Origin: Clostridiaceae bacterium | GTDB taxonomy: Bacteria > Bacillota > Clostridia > Saccharofermentanales > DTU023 | Length of the DNA: 64,000 nucleotides | Reading direction: 5' to 3' | Assembly (NCBI GenBank): GCA_012841145.1 | Contig: DUVH01000015.1 | Location: 37,237 to 101,236 of the forward strand | In this document: positions 1 through 9,344 of the stretch, in pieces | Numbering within the stretch: the stretch's first letter is position 1 | How the letters are laid out: each line of letters starts with the position of its first letter | Position numbers and translations under genes: made by a program | Notes under the pieces: model-generated | Told to the model about the DNA's origin: nothing | The model's input: the letters and a program-made list of their open reading frames with translations, nothing else | The model's database searches: none

Positions 1-1386
1 CGCCTCCGCAAGCTCTTTGACCGTCAGATGTTCAGGCAGAACGACGTGTGTCAACTGGGCAACGGGCCGTTTCGGAGCACTGGCCACGGCTCCATCGCGT
101 TGACGGCGCAGACGTGCACTTCTATCCATCGCTTCCTGCTGCTCGCGACGCATTTGCCTGTCGCGATGTTCCTGATCACGCTGCCTTCCGCGTTCTCTTT
201 GACGTCTCGAGACGGAAGGCGGCGGAGCTTCAGCGAGAGGAGGTTCAACGGGCACGACAGGAACTGCCGACGATTGGCGTCTCGGTCGCGACCTGCGAGC
301 CGTTTGCTCGCGATCGGAAGGCGGTGTCGGAATCGGTGTCGGCGAAGAACGGCGCTCATCGCGCGTCTGCTGTGCGGCAGCTCGCGCAGGACGTCTCCGG
401 TCACTCACCGGGATATCGCGGTCTCTGCCGACATAACTGCCGCGCTGCGGCCTGACAGGACGCCCGTCACTCGTCGTCAAGGGCTTCCTGCGCACGGGCT
501 CCGGCGGCGCGACGGGGTCGGGCGTCGTGATGCGCTCCGTAATCGGCAGCGAGAGTTCCGCAATGCTCCTGCGTTCCCTACGAACCGGTCTGGCAGGCTT
601 TGCGGGCGCAGGTTTGTCCGGTGTTTCTCTCTTAACAGTCTGAACGCGTTTTGCAGGCTCTTTTTTCTTAGGTTTCGCCGTCGCCTTCGCAGAGCGCTTC
701 TCGGCACGGGGAGCTGTCTCTTCCGCAACCACAGCCGCACGAGGAGTCGTTTCACGCTTCGTCGTGAGGTCGCGCGCTTCTGCGGCGGCAGGACGCGCCT
801 CGACAACTTCAGAAGCGGCAGGTATTGCAGCAGGCGCTTTTTCGGTTTCGTCTTTAGTTGTTTCCGGTGTCGAGGGTTTTTCAGGTTTCTTCGCTTCCTC
901 TTTAGGAACTTCGGTCGCCTTGACCTCTTCCTTCGGAGCCTGAACTTTCTCGACGACAGGTGCCGGTTTCTCCGCCTCTTTTTTCTCCTCTGCAACAGGA
1001 GCAACAGGAGTAACAACCGGCGGAGCGACAGGTACAGTCTCAGCCTTCTTAGCTTCCGAAACGGGTTCACTCACGGCAGGCTGCGGTGCGACCTTAGGCT
1101 CCGCCTTGACGGGTTTCGGCTTCTTAACAATCTTAATTACGCCGGGAATGCTTTTACCGGATATGCCCTGTATCTCAATCGTCGAAGGACCGGGGAGGTC
1201 TTTTAACCTCTCATCAGGTGAAGGCTCAACCTTTACAGATTCTTCTTTCTCTTTTTCAGGTTTTTCCGGTATTTCGAGCGTCTCAAGAAAAGCGCGCGCC
1301 TCCAATTCACGGCGCTGTCTCATCGCCTCATCTTCAGTGATATACCCTGCTCTGAGTCCTGAATCTGCTTCTTCACGTTTTGCCAT
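1..1386 (-). CDS. infB: translation initiation factor IF-2, N-terminal part (partial, continues past window start)
   Basis: Absent from the ORF track because it runs off the edge. My minus-strand translation from ATG 1386..1384 gives MAKREEADSGLRAGYITEDE..., then a long K/E/A/P-rich low-complexity linker, and is still in frame at position 1 (...HLTVKELAEA). It lies directly downstream of nusA-ylxR, as in the conserved operon. Confidence 0.85.
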   Translation of the reverse strand, partial: MAKREEADSGLRAGYITEDEAMRQRRELEARAFLETLEIPEKPEKEKEESVKVEPSPDERLKDLPGPSTIEIQGISGKSIPGVIKIVKKPKPVKAEPKVAPQPAVSEPVSEAKKAETVPVAPPVVTPVAPVAEEKKEAEKPAPVVEKVQAPKEEVKATEVPKEEAKKPEKPSTPETTKDETEKAPAAIPAASEVVEARPAAAEARDLTTKRETTPRAAVVAEETAPRAEKRSAKATAKPKKKEPAKRVQTVKRETPDKPAPAKPARPVRRERRSIAELSLPITERITTPDPVAPPEPVRRKPLTTSDGRPVRPQRGSYVGRDRDIPVSDRRRPARAAAQQTRDERRSSPTPIPTPPSDREQTARRSRPRRQSSAVPVVPVEPPLAEAPPPSVSRRQRERGRQRDQEHRDRQMRREQQEAMDRSARLRRQRDGAVASAPKRPVAQLTHVVLPEHLTVKELAEA

Positions 1387-1417
1387 ATTCAGTTCATTCC
1401 TCCCGTCTATCGACGCC

Positions 1418-1771
1418 TTACGGACGATTGCTTCCCGCATTCGCTACGCTGTCCCGTCCTGAGACATCTGAACATGTCGACTCGCCATCGAGAGATGACA
1501 CGTCAGCCACGGCACTTTCAATATCTTTCCAGATCTCCTCCGGAATAGAGCATTTGAGCGCTCTTCGGAGCAAATCTCTTTTTCTCGCTTTTGCGACACA
1601 TTCATGCCGACAACATAAGTAAGCTCCCCTGCCCGGCAGCTTCTGTTCGCTGTCGAGCGCAACGTCTCCGTCCTTCGACGCCGTTACACGCAGGAGTTCG
1701 CGCTGTTCGCGTTTTTCACGACAGGCGATACACGTGCGCAGGGGTTGCCTTTTTTGTCGTCGAGTACTCAA
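1418..1771 (-). CDS. ylxR: YlxR/DUF448-family RNA-binding protein
   Basis: 117 aa. Contains RTCIACREKREQRELLRV and GRGAYLC motifs typical of YlxR. Sits between nusA and infB. Confidence 0.85.
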   Translation of the reverse strand: MSTRRQKRQPLRTCIACREKREQRELLRVTASKDGDVALDSEQKLPGRGAYLCCRHECVAKARKRDLLRRALKCSIPEEIWKDIESAVADVSSLDGESTCSDVSGRDSVANAGSNRP

Positions 1772-1788
1772 ATTATGCCGCCTTCCGA

Positions 1789-3132
1789 CTAACCTTGCAG
1801 GTTATTTTCAACGTCAACCTCGTCCGGATCGTTCTCGTCGAGCGCCTCAATGACACTCTCAATGATGCCCGGAGAGCTCGCAGGCGACGTCATCGACTGT
1901 GACACGCCGTTCAACTCATCGTCGTATTCATCAAAATAATCGTCACCCATCGCCTCTTCGCGCTCCGCCTCGTCAGCGGCAACAGCTTCGTCGAAATCGG
2001 AAATCCAGCTTGCTTCGAGCAATTCGCGATACTGGGTCTCGCTCTTTATGTCTATTTTCCATTCTGTCAACTTAGCGGCTAGGCGAGCGTTCTGGCCTTC
2101 TTTTCCGATCGCGAGTGACAACTGGTGGTCTGCAACGATCACGCGTGCGCTCTGATCTTCTTCATCAAGTACGACACGCATGACACGCGCCGGAGAGAGA
2201 GCGCTGCTGATAAATTCGGCAATATCGGGATCCCACTCGATCACGTCGATTTTCTCGCCATTGAGTTCCGTGATGACTGATTGGACGCGCATACCGCGCT
2301 GACCGACACAGGCTCCGACGGCGTCAATATTTTTATCGTGACTTGTCACGGCCATTTTTGTTCTCGATCCGGCTTCCCTGGCGATACTTACGATCTCCAC
2401 GATTCCAGCGCCGATCTCAGGCACTTCCTGTTCGAACAATCTCCTGACGAGGCCCGGGTGACTTCTCGAGATCATAATCACGGGGCGATGTTCTCGCTGG
2501 TCGACTTTCAGTATGTAGAAACGCATATGTTTTCTAAAAGTATAGTTATCAAGCCGCGACTGCTGATTGTACGGGAGCACCGCTTGAGCGCGCCCGATAT
2601 CCACGAGCACTTCGTTGCGATCACGGCGCTGAACAATACCGCTCGCAAGACCGCCCACACGACCTGAAAACTCCTCGTGAATGCGCATTTTTTCCGCTTG
2701 CGAGAGTTTCTGGTTTATGACGCTCTTGGCAGTCTGTGCCGCAAGGCGTCCGAAGTGTGAAGGATCAACTTCGCGCACGAGCTGGTCACCAAGCTCAAGA
2801 TCGGGCGAAAGCGCATGTGCCTGTTCGAGGGAGAGCTCACTGTTCGGATCCTGAACTTCTTCGACAACCGTCATAGGCTGGTAGACGCGCATCTCGCCGG
2901 TACGACGATCGATATGCGCCGTGATACCGTCACTATCAACGTGTTTCGATTCACTTTCCTGGCCTGCCGTACCTTCTCGCTCACGCGATTTATCGCGATC
3001 TTTCGAGCGAATTTCAAACTCGCGACGATAGGCAGCGACAAGCGCGCCTTCGATCGCTTCAATCAAAGTCTCCATCTCGATACCGCGTTCTTTTTCAAGA
3101 AGCCTCAGTGCCTCAATAAATTCGTGGTTCAT
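1789..3132 (-). CDS. nusA: transcription termination/antitermination factor NusA
   Basis: 447 aa. N-terminus MNHEFIEALRLLEKERGI, S1/KH-like core (GACVGQRGMRVQSVITELNGEKIDVIEW), acidic C-terminal tail. Conserved rimP-nusA synteny. Confidence 0.95.
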   Translation of the reverse strand: MNHEFIEALRLLEKERGIEMETLIEAIEGALVAAYRREFEIRSKDRDKSREREGTAGQESESKHVDSDGITAHIDRRTGEMRVYQPMTVVEEVQDPNSELSLEQAHALSPDLELGDQLVREVDPSHFGRLAAQTAKSVINQKLSQAEKMRIHEEFSGRVGGLASGIVQRRDRNEVLVDIGRAQAVLPYNQQSRLDNYTFRKHMRFYILKVDQREHRPVIMISRSHPGLVRRLFEQEVPEIGAGIVEIVSIAREAGSRTKMAVTSHDKNIDAVGACVGQRGMRVQSVITELNGEKIDVIEWDPDIAEFISSALSPARVMRVVLDEEDQSARVIVADHQLSLAIGKEGQNARLAAKLTEWKIDIKSETQYRELLEASWISDFDEAVAADEAEREEAMGDDYFDEYDDELNGVSQSMTSPASSPGIIESVIEALDENDPDEVDVENNLQG

Positions 3133-3242
3133 TCAATCTCCTTCACCATCGCTATCCTGATCTTACGAGCGGTCGGTAAATCTTCCACATCGATCAATCA
3201 GCACACTTTTGTCTGTCCGACAGACAAAGTTCAAGCCCTATA

Positions 3243-3707
3243 CTAGAAAACAATCTCGCGCTTTATATTCGCGATTTGTTCCAAATCAAAAAGCACCCGC
3301 TCTCCGCCTTCCGCTTCTACACCGACACGATCTCCGTCAACGATAAGATGACCGAACAACCGCTTTTCTCCGTCGATAGCACGATAAAGGCTTAATCTGA
3401 CGTAAGCTCCCTCATGTCGGATGAAATCATCCATCGTCTTTAACGGCCTGTCAATCCCGGGCGACGAGACTTCAAAAGTGTCAAAATCATCAAGCCCGAG
3501 TTCATCAGAGATGATGGGGTCGGCAAGCTCGCTCAGCGACTCGCAATCCTCGATTCCGACACCGCCGCGCTTATCGATCACCAAACGGAGAATGTTCCTG
3601 CCATTCTCATGTACGTAAATCACGTCAAGCAAATCGAGGTCGAGCGACTTCGCTACGGGCGTGATCGCCTCGACAATGCGGAGTATATTTGTTTTTCTTG
3701 AACGCAT
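3243..3707 (-). CDS. rimP: ribosome maturation factor RimP
   Basis: The track ORF extends to 3851. The internal ATG at 3707 (MRSRKTNILRIVEAITPVAKSLDLDLLDV...) is preceded by AGGAGA at 3711..3719 (minus) and matches the usual RimP length and N-terminus. Confidence 0.85.
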   Translation of the reverse strand: MRSRKTNILRIVEAITPVAKSLDLDLLDVIYVHENGRNILRLVIDKRGGVGIEDCESLSELADPIISDELGLDDFDTFEVSSPGIDRPLKTMDDFIRHEGAYVRLSLYRAIDGEKRLFGHLIVDGDRVGVEAEGGERVLFDLEQIANIKREIVF

Positions 3708-3909
3708 ATCAATTCTCCTATACCGCACGCGATCGACCATTACATACAAAAGAGCGGACCACCCCGCTCTTTCAACCCGATACACGCTGTGTTTCTTAAT
3801 TATAACAGGTTTATCAACACGGTCAAGCGCCTGTGCGCCGTCAGTCTCCACCGCTTTACGAAACTTGCGCTACTCCCCATACAAAACCGAAAAACGGCCA
3901 GTTGCCCTA

Positions 3910-3986
3910 TGGTGATCCCGGCGCGATTCGAACGCGCGACCTGCCGCTTAGGAGGCGGCCGCTCTATCCTGCTGAGCTACGGGACC
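3910..3986 (-). tRNA. tRNA-Arg (anticodon CCU)
   Basis: Minus-strand read: GGTCCCGTAGCTCAGCAGGATAGAGCGGCCGCCTCCTAAGCGGCAGGTCGCGCGTTCGAATCGCGCCGGGATCACCA. It has a 7-bp acceptor stem (one G-U), a D-arm, anticodon loop CT-CCT-AA, the T-arm GTTCGAATC and an encoded CCA. Confidence 0.9.
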
Positions 3987-4041
3987 GATTAACGACGGTC
4001 AAAGATCATTGTACAGAAAAATGATCTCCCGGTCATCCCGC

Positions 4042-4200
4042 GTGTACAATTTTTCAATTAATTACGAATTATTGTACTCAGCAGCGGCAGGACTCTCCGA
4101 GAGCCCCTCACACGTGTACAGTTTTTCAATTAATATCGAATTTCTGCACTTTACGCCCAGAGTCCGGCACCCCGGGAATTTTGCAACTAATATCGATTTT
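4042..4200. repeat. three degenerate tandem copies (~71 and ~63 bp spacing) of a GTGTACA(A/G)TTTTTCAATTAAT(T/A)(A/T)CGAATT core
   Basis: Copies at 4042-4070 and 4113-4141, plus a diverged copy at 4174-4200. The periodic peptide of track ORF 4009..4278 (YNFSINYELLYS / YSFSINIEFLHF / NFATNIDFLDI) is only a reflection of this repeat. Confidence 0.7.
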
Positions 4201-4276
4201 TTGGATATTTTGCTTGGGAGGACTAAGCTTCGCATATTTTCTAATGGATCATTTTCAGAAAAACTTCACCATGTTT

Positions 4277-4307
4277 AAGGGGGCCCTCTCTTTGAGAAAG
4301 CCCCCTT
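4277..4307 (-). terminator. hairpin just downstream of the cyclase gene (possible operon terminator)
   Basis: AAGGGGGC (4277-4284) pairs with GCCCCCTT (4300-4307). There is no clean U-run on the minus strand, so the call is weak. Confidence 0.35.
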
Positions 4308-4352
4308 CCAGTGAACATTAAGCTAACGAAAAACGTTTAACCGCGATCGAGA

Positions 4353-5156
4353 TTACTCCACCGTGTCGAATGCGACGCAGCGGCAGAAGGCCGATTCACC
4401 ATACTGGAACTTCCACGGGAACGTTCCGAGGATCATGCGCTTGTTCTTAGGCACGATGTCGATTTCGCCGCCGAGACATTCAACGTGAATGATTTCCCAA
4501 GGCTGCGGGAAGACCCAGATGTGCATCGCTTGATACGTATCGGGCCATTTGTAGATCTCATTGAGTCCTTTGCCATAGCGCTCTCTCATAAACGCATCAC
4601 AACGCTCTGCTTCAAGAGGCTCCCAGTCACGGATTTTCGTATTCATCGGATGGTCGGCGGAGCCGGCATCGACAGCGATGTACTTGAGTTCCATTTCCTT
4701 CATCCAGTCGGGGAAATCGACTGAAGGACCGGGGTGACGAAGCATATAACGGCGCTCATCCGGCGTTTCCCCATCTAACGAATATTTGTGGTAACCCGTG
4801 TAGATGAAGATGATGTCGCCCTTGCGGATGTCCGCACGATCCATGAGATCTTGAGGCGTGTAGATCGACCAGTCTTCCGCGATATCGGAGATATCGACGA
4901 CGACGCCCGGTCCGACGAGTTTTTCCATCTCGAGCGATGCGATATCGCGTCCGCCCGTGTCAAAATGCTGCGGGCCGTCGAGGTGTGTTCCGACGTGGTT
5001 TGACGTCGTGATAATCATGCCGTTCGCCCCGTTAGGCGCCAAACGCTTGAAATATTTGACGTTCAAGGGCTCATAAGTCGGCCACGGAGGCGTCATATGA
5101 TTTGTGTTCAGTGTCAAGTCATACACTTTGATTTTGTCCCAATTTTTGAGTAACAT
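4353..5156 (-). CDS. cyclase-family metal-dependent hydrolase (kynurenine formamidase / isatin hydrolase-like)
   Basis: 267 aa. Carries the family signature HxGTHxDxPxH as HVGTHLDGPQHF. Last gene of the PucR-led minus-strand operon. Confidence 0.75.
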   Translation of the reverse strand: MLLKNWDKIKVYDLTLNTNHMTPPWPTYEPLNVKYFKRLAPNGANGMIITTSNHVGTHLDGPQHFDTGGRDIASLEMEKLVGPGVVVDISDIAEDWSIYTPQDLMDRADIRKGDIIFIYTGYHKYSLDGETPDERRYMLRHPGPSVDFPDWMKEMELKYIAVDAGSADHPMNTKIRDWEPLEAERCDAFMRERYGKGLNEIYKWPDTYQAMHIWVFPQPWEIIHVECLGGEIDIVPKNKRMILGTFPWKFQYGESAFCRCVAFDTVE

Positions 5157-5262
5157 AAAGCAATTCCTTTCATTCTTTACTTTTCAGGTTAGTAAAGCCT
5201 CTATTCTTTTCCGCCCTGTTATTGAAACGGGCGTACCTTCCTATTTGTTGCCGTTATCAGGC

Positions 5263-6525
5263 TCAGCCCAGCATTCCCTCGCTCTCGAGAAGCTCGACAT
5301 ACGCCTCTAAAGCGTCGGTAAAGCACTTCATCGGAGGATTGACGATACCAGCTCCCACCTGTCCGATACCGGCTCGTTTATGGGCGATACCAGTATTGAT
5401 GACGGGGAGGATTTGCGTCTCGACGACGAGACGAATATCGATACCTGTCGGTGTTCCGCGGAAATTCATCGTCGGCATCTTATAGATCACGCTCTCCTCA
5501 AGTGTAATCTCGTACATGCTCGTCGTGTAATTGACCGCGTCCTGCGGAGTTCCCCCGACGAACTGCACGATCGCGGGCGCCGTCGCCATAGCGAAACCGC
5601 CGATACCGTACGTCTCCGTAATGCAAGAGTCGCCGATGTCGGGGTTGGCATCGTCCGTGCTGTAGCCCGGGAAGTATAGACCGTCGATGATTGCGGCGGG
5701 ACCCGTGAACCAGCGGTCTCCGAGAGCGGCGACTCTGATGCCGAATTCCGTTCCGTTGCGCGCCATAGTGTAAACGATTGTCGAATGCTTAACTTTTCCG
5801 ACGGGATCCATCGCTGACTTGGCTGCCGGCATCGAGAGATTCAGGAAGAAGTGGTCGTTCGAATTCAGGAAATCGAAGACAGCAACTTGATCTTCTTTCG
5901 ATGCGTCTGTTTTGACGATGCTTGATGCAATCTCGCGGATAAACAGCGATGTCGCAGCTTTGTTGCGGTTGTGCACTTCATCGCCCATCTGAGCCGCTTG
6001 CGCGATCATGCTCTTGAGATCCAATGGACCGTAGATCTCCAACGTTTGCTTCATGATAGGATAGAGCGTTTTTTCCATCCATTTCAAATGCTTGATAACA
6101 TCTTCGCCATATGCACCGAAACGAAGGACGTTGCCGAGCCCCTCATTCATCGTGCAGTATGCAAAGTTGCCTTGTGCCTTGTTCTCAATGATAAAGACCG
6201 GCATCGATGCCGTTACGACACCCGCCATCGGTCCCACAGCCTGATGATGGTGGCAAGGATCGAATTCAATTTCGCCCGAAGCTGCAAGCTTCTCCGCCTC
6301 TTCCGGCGTCGCCGCAAGACCCTCATAGATCAGTCCGCCGATTACGGCACCGCGGAGCGGCCCAGACATCTTCTCCCACGTGATGGGAGGACCGGCGTGC
6401 ATGACGAGTTTCTTGTGCATGCCCGGAACAACATCTTTTGCTACGCCCATACCAACGAGTGTCGGCTGCGCATTCTGCATGATTTCCAGTGCTTTCCTGT
6501 TGGCGGCCTCAATAAAATTTGCCAT
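5263..6525 (-). CDS. DUF1116 (YlbE-like) protein
   Basis: 420 aa. Its sequence (AGPPITWEKMSGPLRGAVIGGLIYEG, DPCHHHQAVGPMAGV) and its position next to FdrA match the fdrA-ylbE-ylbF association known from E. coli. Confidence 0.75.
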   Translation of the reverse strand: MANFIEAANRKALEIMQNAQPTLVGMGVAKDVVPGMHKKLVMHAGPPITWEKMSGPLRGAVIGGLIYEGLAATPEEAEKLAASGEIEFDPCHHHQAVGPMAGVVTASMPVFIIENKAQGNFAYCTMNEGLGNVLRFGAYGEDVIKHLKWMEKTLYPIMKQTLEIYGPLDLKSMIAQAAQMGDEVHNRNKAATSLFIREIASSIVKTDASKEDQVAVFDFLNSNDHFFLNLSMPAAKSAMDPVGKVKHSTIVYTMARNGTEFGIRVAALGDRWFTGPAAIIDGLYFPGYSTDDANPDIGDSCITETYGIGGFAMATAPAIVQFVGGTPQDAVNYTTSMYEITLEESVIYKMPTMNFRGTPTGIDIRLVVETQILPVINTGIAHKRAGIGQVGAGIVNPPMKCFTDALEAYVELLESEGMLG

Positions 6526-6630
6526 AAATCCCTTCTTTCTCTAACTTGTGCCTTTCCGTAAGACGACACATTCCTCTTATTCAAACTTAAAACCTGCGCG
6601 CTGCATGGCAGAGTACAGGTTTATAAACCT

Positions 6631-6804
6631 CTATAACCCTTTCAGTCTGCCGAGCAGTGATGCCATTTTTTTGTCACCGCCGGCGGCTGGTTTCCAATCG
6701 ACGTGGATTGTTCCCACATCCTGACTGCGCAGCTCTTCGTAAAAAGATTCGAGCCCCATGTTGATCACTTTCAACTCCCGTTTAAATAGTTCGTTGACTG
6801 ACAT
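6631..6804 (-). CDS. small ORF (57 aa) between fdrA and the DUF1116 gene, below the ORF-track cutoff
   Basis: My translation is MSVNELFKRELKVINMGLESFYEELRSQDVGTIHVDWKPAAGGDKKMASLLGRLKGL*. A GGAGGAG RBS lies 7-8 nt upstream, and the ORF starts 15 nt after the fdrA stop. Confidence 0.6.
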   Translation of the reverse strand: MSVNELFKRELKVINMGLESFYEELRSQDVGTIHVDWKPAAGGDKKMASLLGRLKGL

Positions 6805-6819
6805 ATCGCTTTCTCCTCC

Positions 6820-8373
6820 TTATGCGCTGACTTTTTCCATGATGAGATCGACAAGCCTGACCGCTTGCGCATTGGAAGGCATGACGATGACGCCTGCCTG
6901 TTCAAGACTTGCAATCGACTGATCGAGACCCTGGGGATCTTTATCCGTTCCCGTCACGGAAGCTACGACGACGAGATCTTTGCCTTCTGCCTTCAAGCGC
7001 TCGCGCGCTTCCGAGACCGATGCGGCGACAGCGCCGGCGGGGTTCTCGTGCGCCCCGTAGCCGATCACGACATCGCAGAGCACCACGGCTGTCGAGCTGT
7101 TGACGTGCGTCTTGAAGAAATCCGCTCTCGTCAAGGGATCGATCATCGGGTGCGGTCTGCCGCGTGTGAACTCGTCTTCTCCGAGATCGAGACAGATATG
7201 ACCGTTCAGACCTTCCAGATTCGCCAAGGCTCGGTCAGGCGTGAGCGGGATATTTGAATAGATCGGATAATGGTCTCCCAAATACTTGATCGCTTCGTCG
7301 GCGAGCGTTCCGCCCGTGTAAAGCGCACGCAAATATTTCTGACCTGCCGATAGTTTTGCCGCTGAGCCCGAAACGAGCTTTTCGATCTCCTCTTCTGACG
7401 CATCAAAACCGTCAAAATCCACAACTTTTTCACCGCGCAGTAATGCTACGGCTTTGCGAGCGGCGTCTTCCAAGCTTAAGCAAGGCGTTGCGCCGGCATC
7501 GACAATAGAAGCGGCGTCGCCTCCGATAAAATCGATGACGACGGGTTTGTCCGCCTGTTTCACCAAGTCGATGATCTTCTTTTCGACGGTAGGGTGAGGA
7601 GGCTTAGAAACGAGCACGATGACTTCCGTCTCAGGATCGTTCAGCAGCGCTTCAATACCCTGAATCATCATCAGTCCGCCGATCTCCTCGCGCAGGTCGC
7701 GACCGCCCGTACCTATGACTTGCGAGAGTCCCTCGCCGAGCTGATCGATGCGCACGGTGATCTCCTGCGTGCCTGTCCCCGAAGCGCCTACGAGACCGAT
7801 TTTCCCTCTCGATACAACGTTGGCGAAACATAGAGGGACACCGTTGATGATCGCCGTCCCGCAATCGGGTCCCATCATCAAAAGTCCCTTTTCTACTGCC
7901 ATCTTTTTCAGCCGGAGTTCATCGTTGATCGATACGTTATCCGAAAACATCATGACGTGGAGTCCAGCTCTAAGAGCTGTCTCCGCCTCTTCCGCGGCAT
8001 ACTGGCCGGGGATTGAGATCTGGACAAGGTTAGCGCCCTCGAGGTGATCGATCGCCGAACGGAGCGTCGGCGGTCGATAATCGCCAGCCGATGCGTCCTT
8101 TTTACGGTTAATCTGCTCCTCGAAAGACTCGACAAGCTGTTCCATCGTGACGAACTCTTCGTTGAACTTTGCCGCGATGAAGAGATCGTTCGGCGTAATA
8201 CTTTCGAGATTTGCGTCGAACATGTTGAGATTACGAACGAGATCTAAATTCAGATCAGTACCCATTCCGACGAGGACTTCCTCGACGCCTTCGATTGATT
8301 TCATTTCGCGAGAAATCAACATCAACGTTACAGAGTCGTAATAAGCATTTTTTCTTACTATACTTTGAATCAT
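6820..8373 (-). CDS. fdrA: FdrA-family protein (succinyl-CoA-synthetase-like / acyl-CoA synthetase fold)
   Basis: The track ORF extends to 8445. The ATG at 8373 (MIQSIVRKNAYYDSVTLML...) has an AAGGAGG RBS and forms an ATGA overlap with the stop of the upstream gene. Contains CoA-ligase-like motifs (GPDCGTAIINGVPLCFANVV, GLVGASGTGTQE). Confidence 0.85.
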   Translation of the reverse strand: MIQSIVRKNAYYDSVTLMLISREMKSIEGVEEVLVGMGTDLNLDLVRNLNMFDANLESITPNDLFIAAKFNEEFVTMEQLVESFEEQINRKKDASAGDYRPPTLRSAIDHLEGANLVQISIPGQYAAEEAETALRAGLHVMMFSDNVSINDELRLKKMAVEKGLLMMGPDCGTAIINGVPLCFANVVSRGKIGLVGASGTGTQEITVRIDQLGEGLSQVIGTGGRDLREEIGGLMMIQGIEALLNDPETEVIVLVSKPPHPTVEKKIIDLVKQADKPVVIDFIGGDAASIVDAGATPCLSLEDAARKAVALLRGEKVVDFDGFDASEEEIEKLVSGSAAKLSAGQKYLRALYTGGTLADEAIKYLGDHYPIYSNIPLTPDRALANLEGLNGHICLDLGEDEFTRGRPHPMIDPLTRADFFKTHVNSSTAVVLCDVVIGYGAHENPAGAVAASVSEARERLKAEGKDLVVVASVTGTDKDPQGLDQSIASLEQAGVIVMPSNAQAVRLVDLIMEKVSA

Positions 8374-9344
8374 ATACGATCCTCCTTTTTTACTATACAC
8401 TCCTCCTGCCGCGCCCAGCGCGAAAATATTGTCTGAATACACCAAACCCCGAACAGAAAATCCGCTCCGGATGTCGCACCGAACTCCAACACGCGCTCAA
8501 TCGCGCGATGAAGTTCGGGGATGTTCTGCGTTGCCAATGCATCTAATACCTTAAGATAACTGCAGCTCGCTTTCCCCCTTGATGCGTGTTTGAGCATTGA
8601 ATAGCTCACGATTGTCGTTCTCGATCTCGCGAGATCAACAACGTCATGCAAAAAATTCAACAAGGCATGATCATCACTGTGATTCCACAGGTTCCTGTAG
8701 TAAAGGGACAAAATAAACGCCGCAAGAAAATCATCGCACGAAGGTGTCAGCCCCGGCCCAAAACCGATGAGCAGCTCAGCTCTGCTAAGCGACAAGTCCC
8801 AATTTTTCCCCTCAACAGCTTCCAGAAATGAACAAATATCTCCCGTAATAAAACGCGCATAGATATTCGTGCACGAAGAAGGCTCGTTCGAGTCACCGTC
8901 AATGAAACGAATGACCGACGCAACACCGCCGGAGTCGAGTTCCAGTAAAGTCTTTTTGATCAAATCGAGCATTTCTTTGCTCGCACAGGTTACTTCTCCT
9001 GAGGGTACCGCAAGTTCCGGACTCCATACACGCGCATTTCGAAACCTGATGCGACTTTCGCTGTTCGGTAAGACAAACTCCATCTGTCCCCCATATAACA
9101 CGCTGTCATCATTTTCAAAAGGCCAGGCAGCGTGTGAAGACAAATCAACGATCATACCCATCGGCATTATGTCAAGATCGGTTCTGGCGATCGTCGCCAA
9201 TTCTTTATCCGGCGACAACAGATTGACAGCACCGCGAAAGATTGAGTGAACGCGAAATACAACATCGTCTCGCTGAAGCAGGAAATCATAGAGATCTTGC
9301 GACATCTGCAAAACACTGATCGTTCGCTCGAATCTTCCCGCCAT
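8370..9344 (-). CDS. DUF2877 (YlbF-like) protein
   Basis: ~324 aa. Start is ATG 9344 (or GTG 9347), sharing one base with the PucR stop (TGATG). Its stop overlaps the fdrA start (ATGA). The family call rests on my recollection of the sequence and on synteny with fdrA/DUF1116. Confidence 0.65.
   Translation of the reverse strand: MAGRFERTISVLQMSQDLYDFLLQRDDVVFRVHSIFRGAVNLLSPDKELATIARTDLDIMPMGMIVDLSSHAAWPFENDDSVLYGGQMEFVLPNSESRIRFRNARVWSPELAVPSGEVTCASKEMLDLIKKTLLELDSGGVASVIRFIDGDSNEPSSCTNIYARFITGDICSFLEAVEGKNWDLSLSRAELLIGFGPGLTPSCDDFLAAFILSLYYRNLWNHSDDHALLNFLHDVVDLARSRTTIVSYSMLKHASRGKASCSYLKVLDALATQNIPELHRAIERVLEFGATSGADFLFGVWCIQTIFSRWARQEECIVKKEDRI

Noticed and set aside
28-1206. 392-aa plus-strand ORF (and the 197-aa minus ORF 477..1070), both extremely R-rich
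   Set aside because: Both are alternative frames of the low-complexity K/E/A/P-rich N-terminal linker of infB. The real frame is the minus-strand one starting at 1386, which reads MAKREEADSG... and ends ...HLTVKELAEA.
4009-4278. 89-aa ORF with a periodic peptide
   Set aside because: The periodicity simply mirrors the three DNA tandem repeats. There is no RBS and the region is AT-rich intergenic DNA. I treated it as non-coding repeat.
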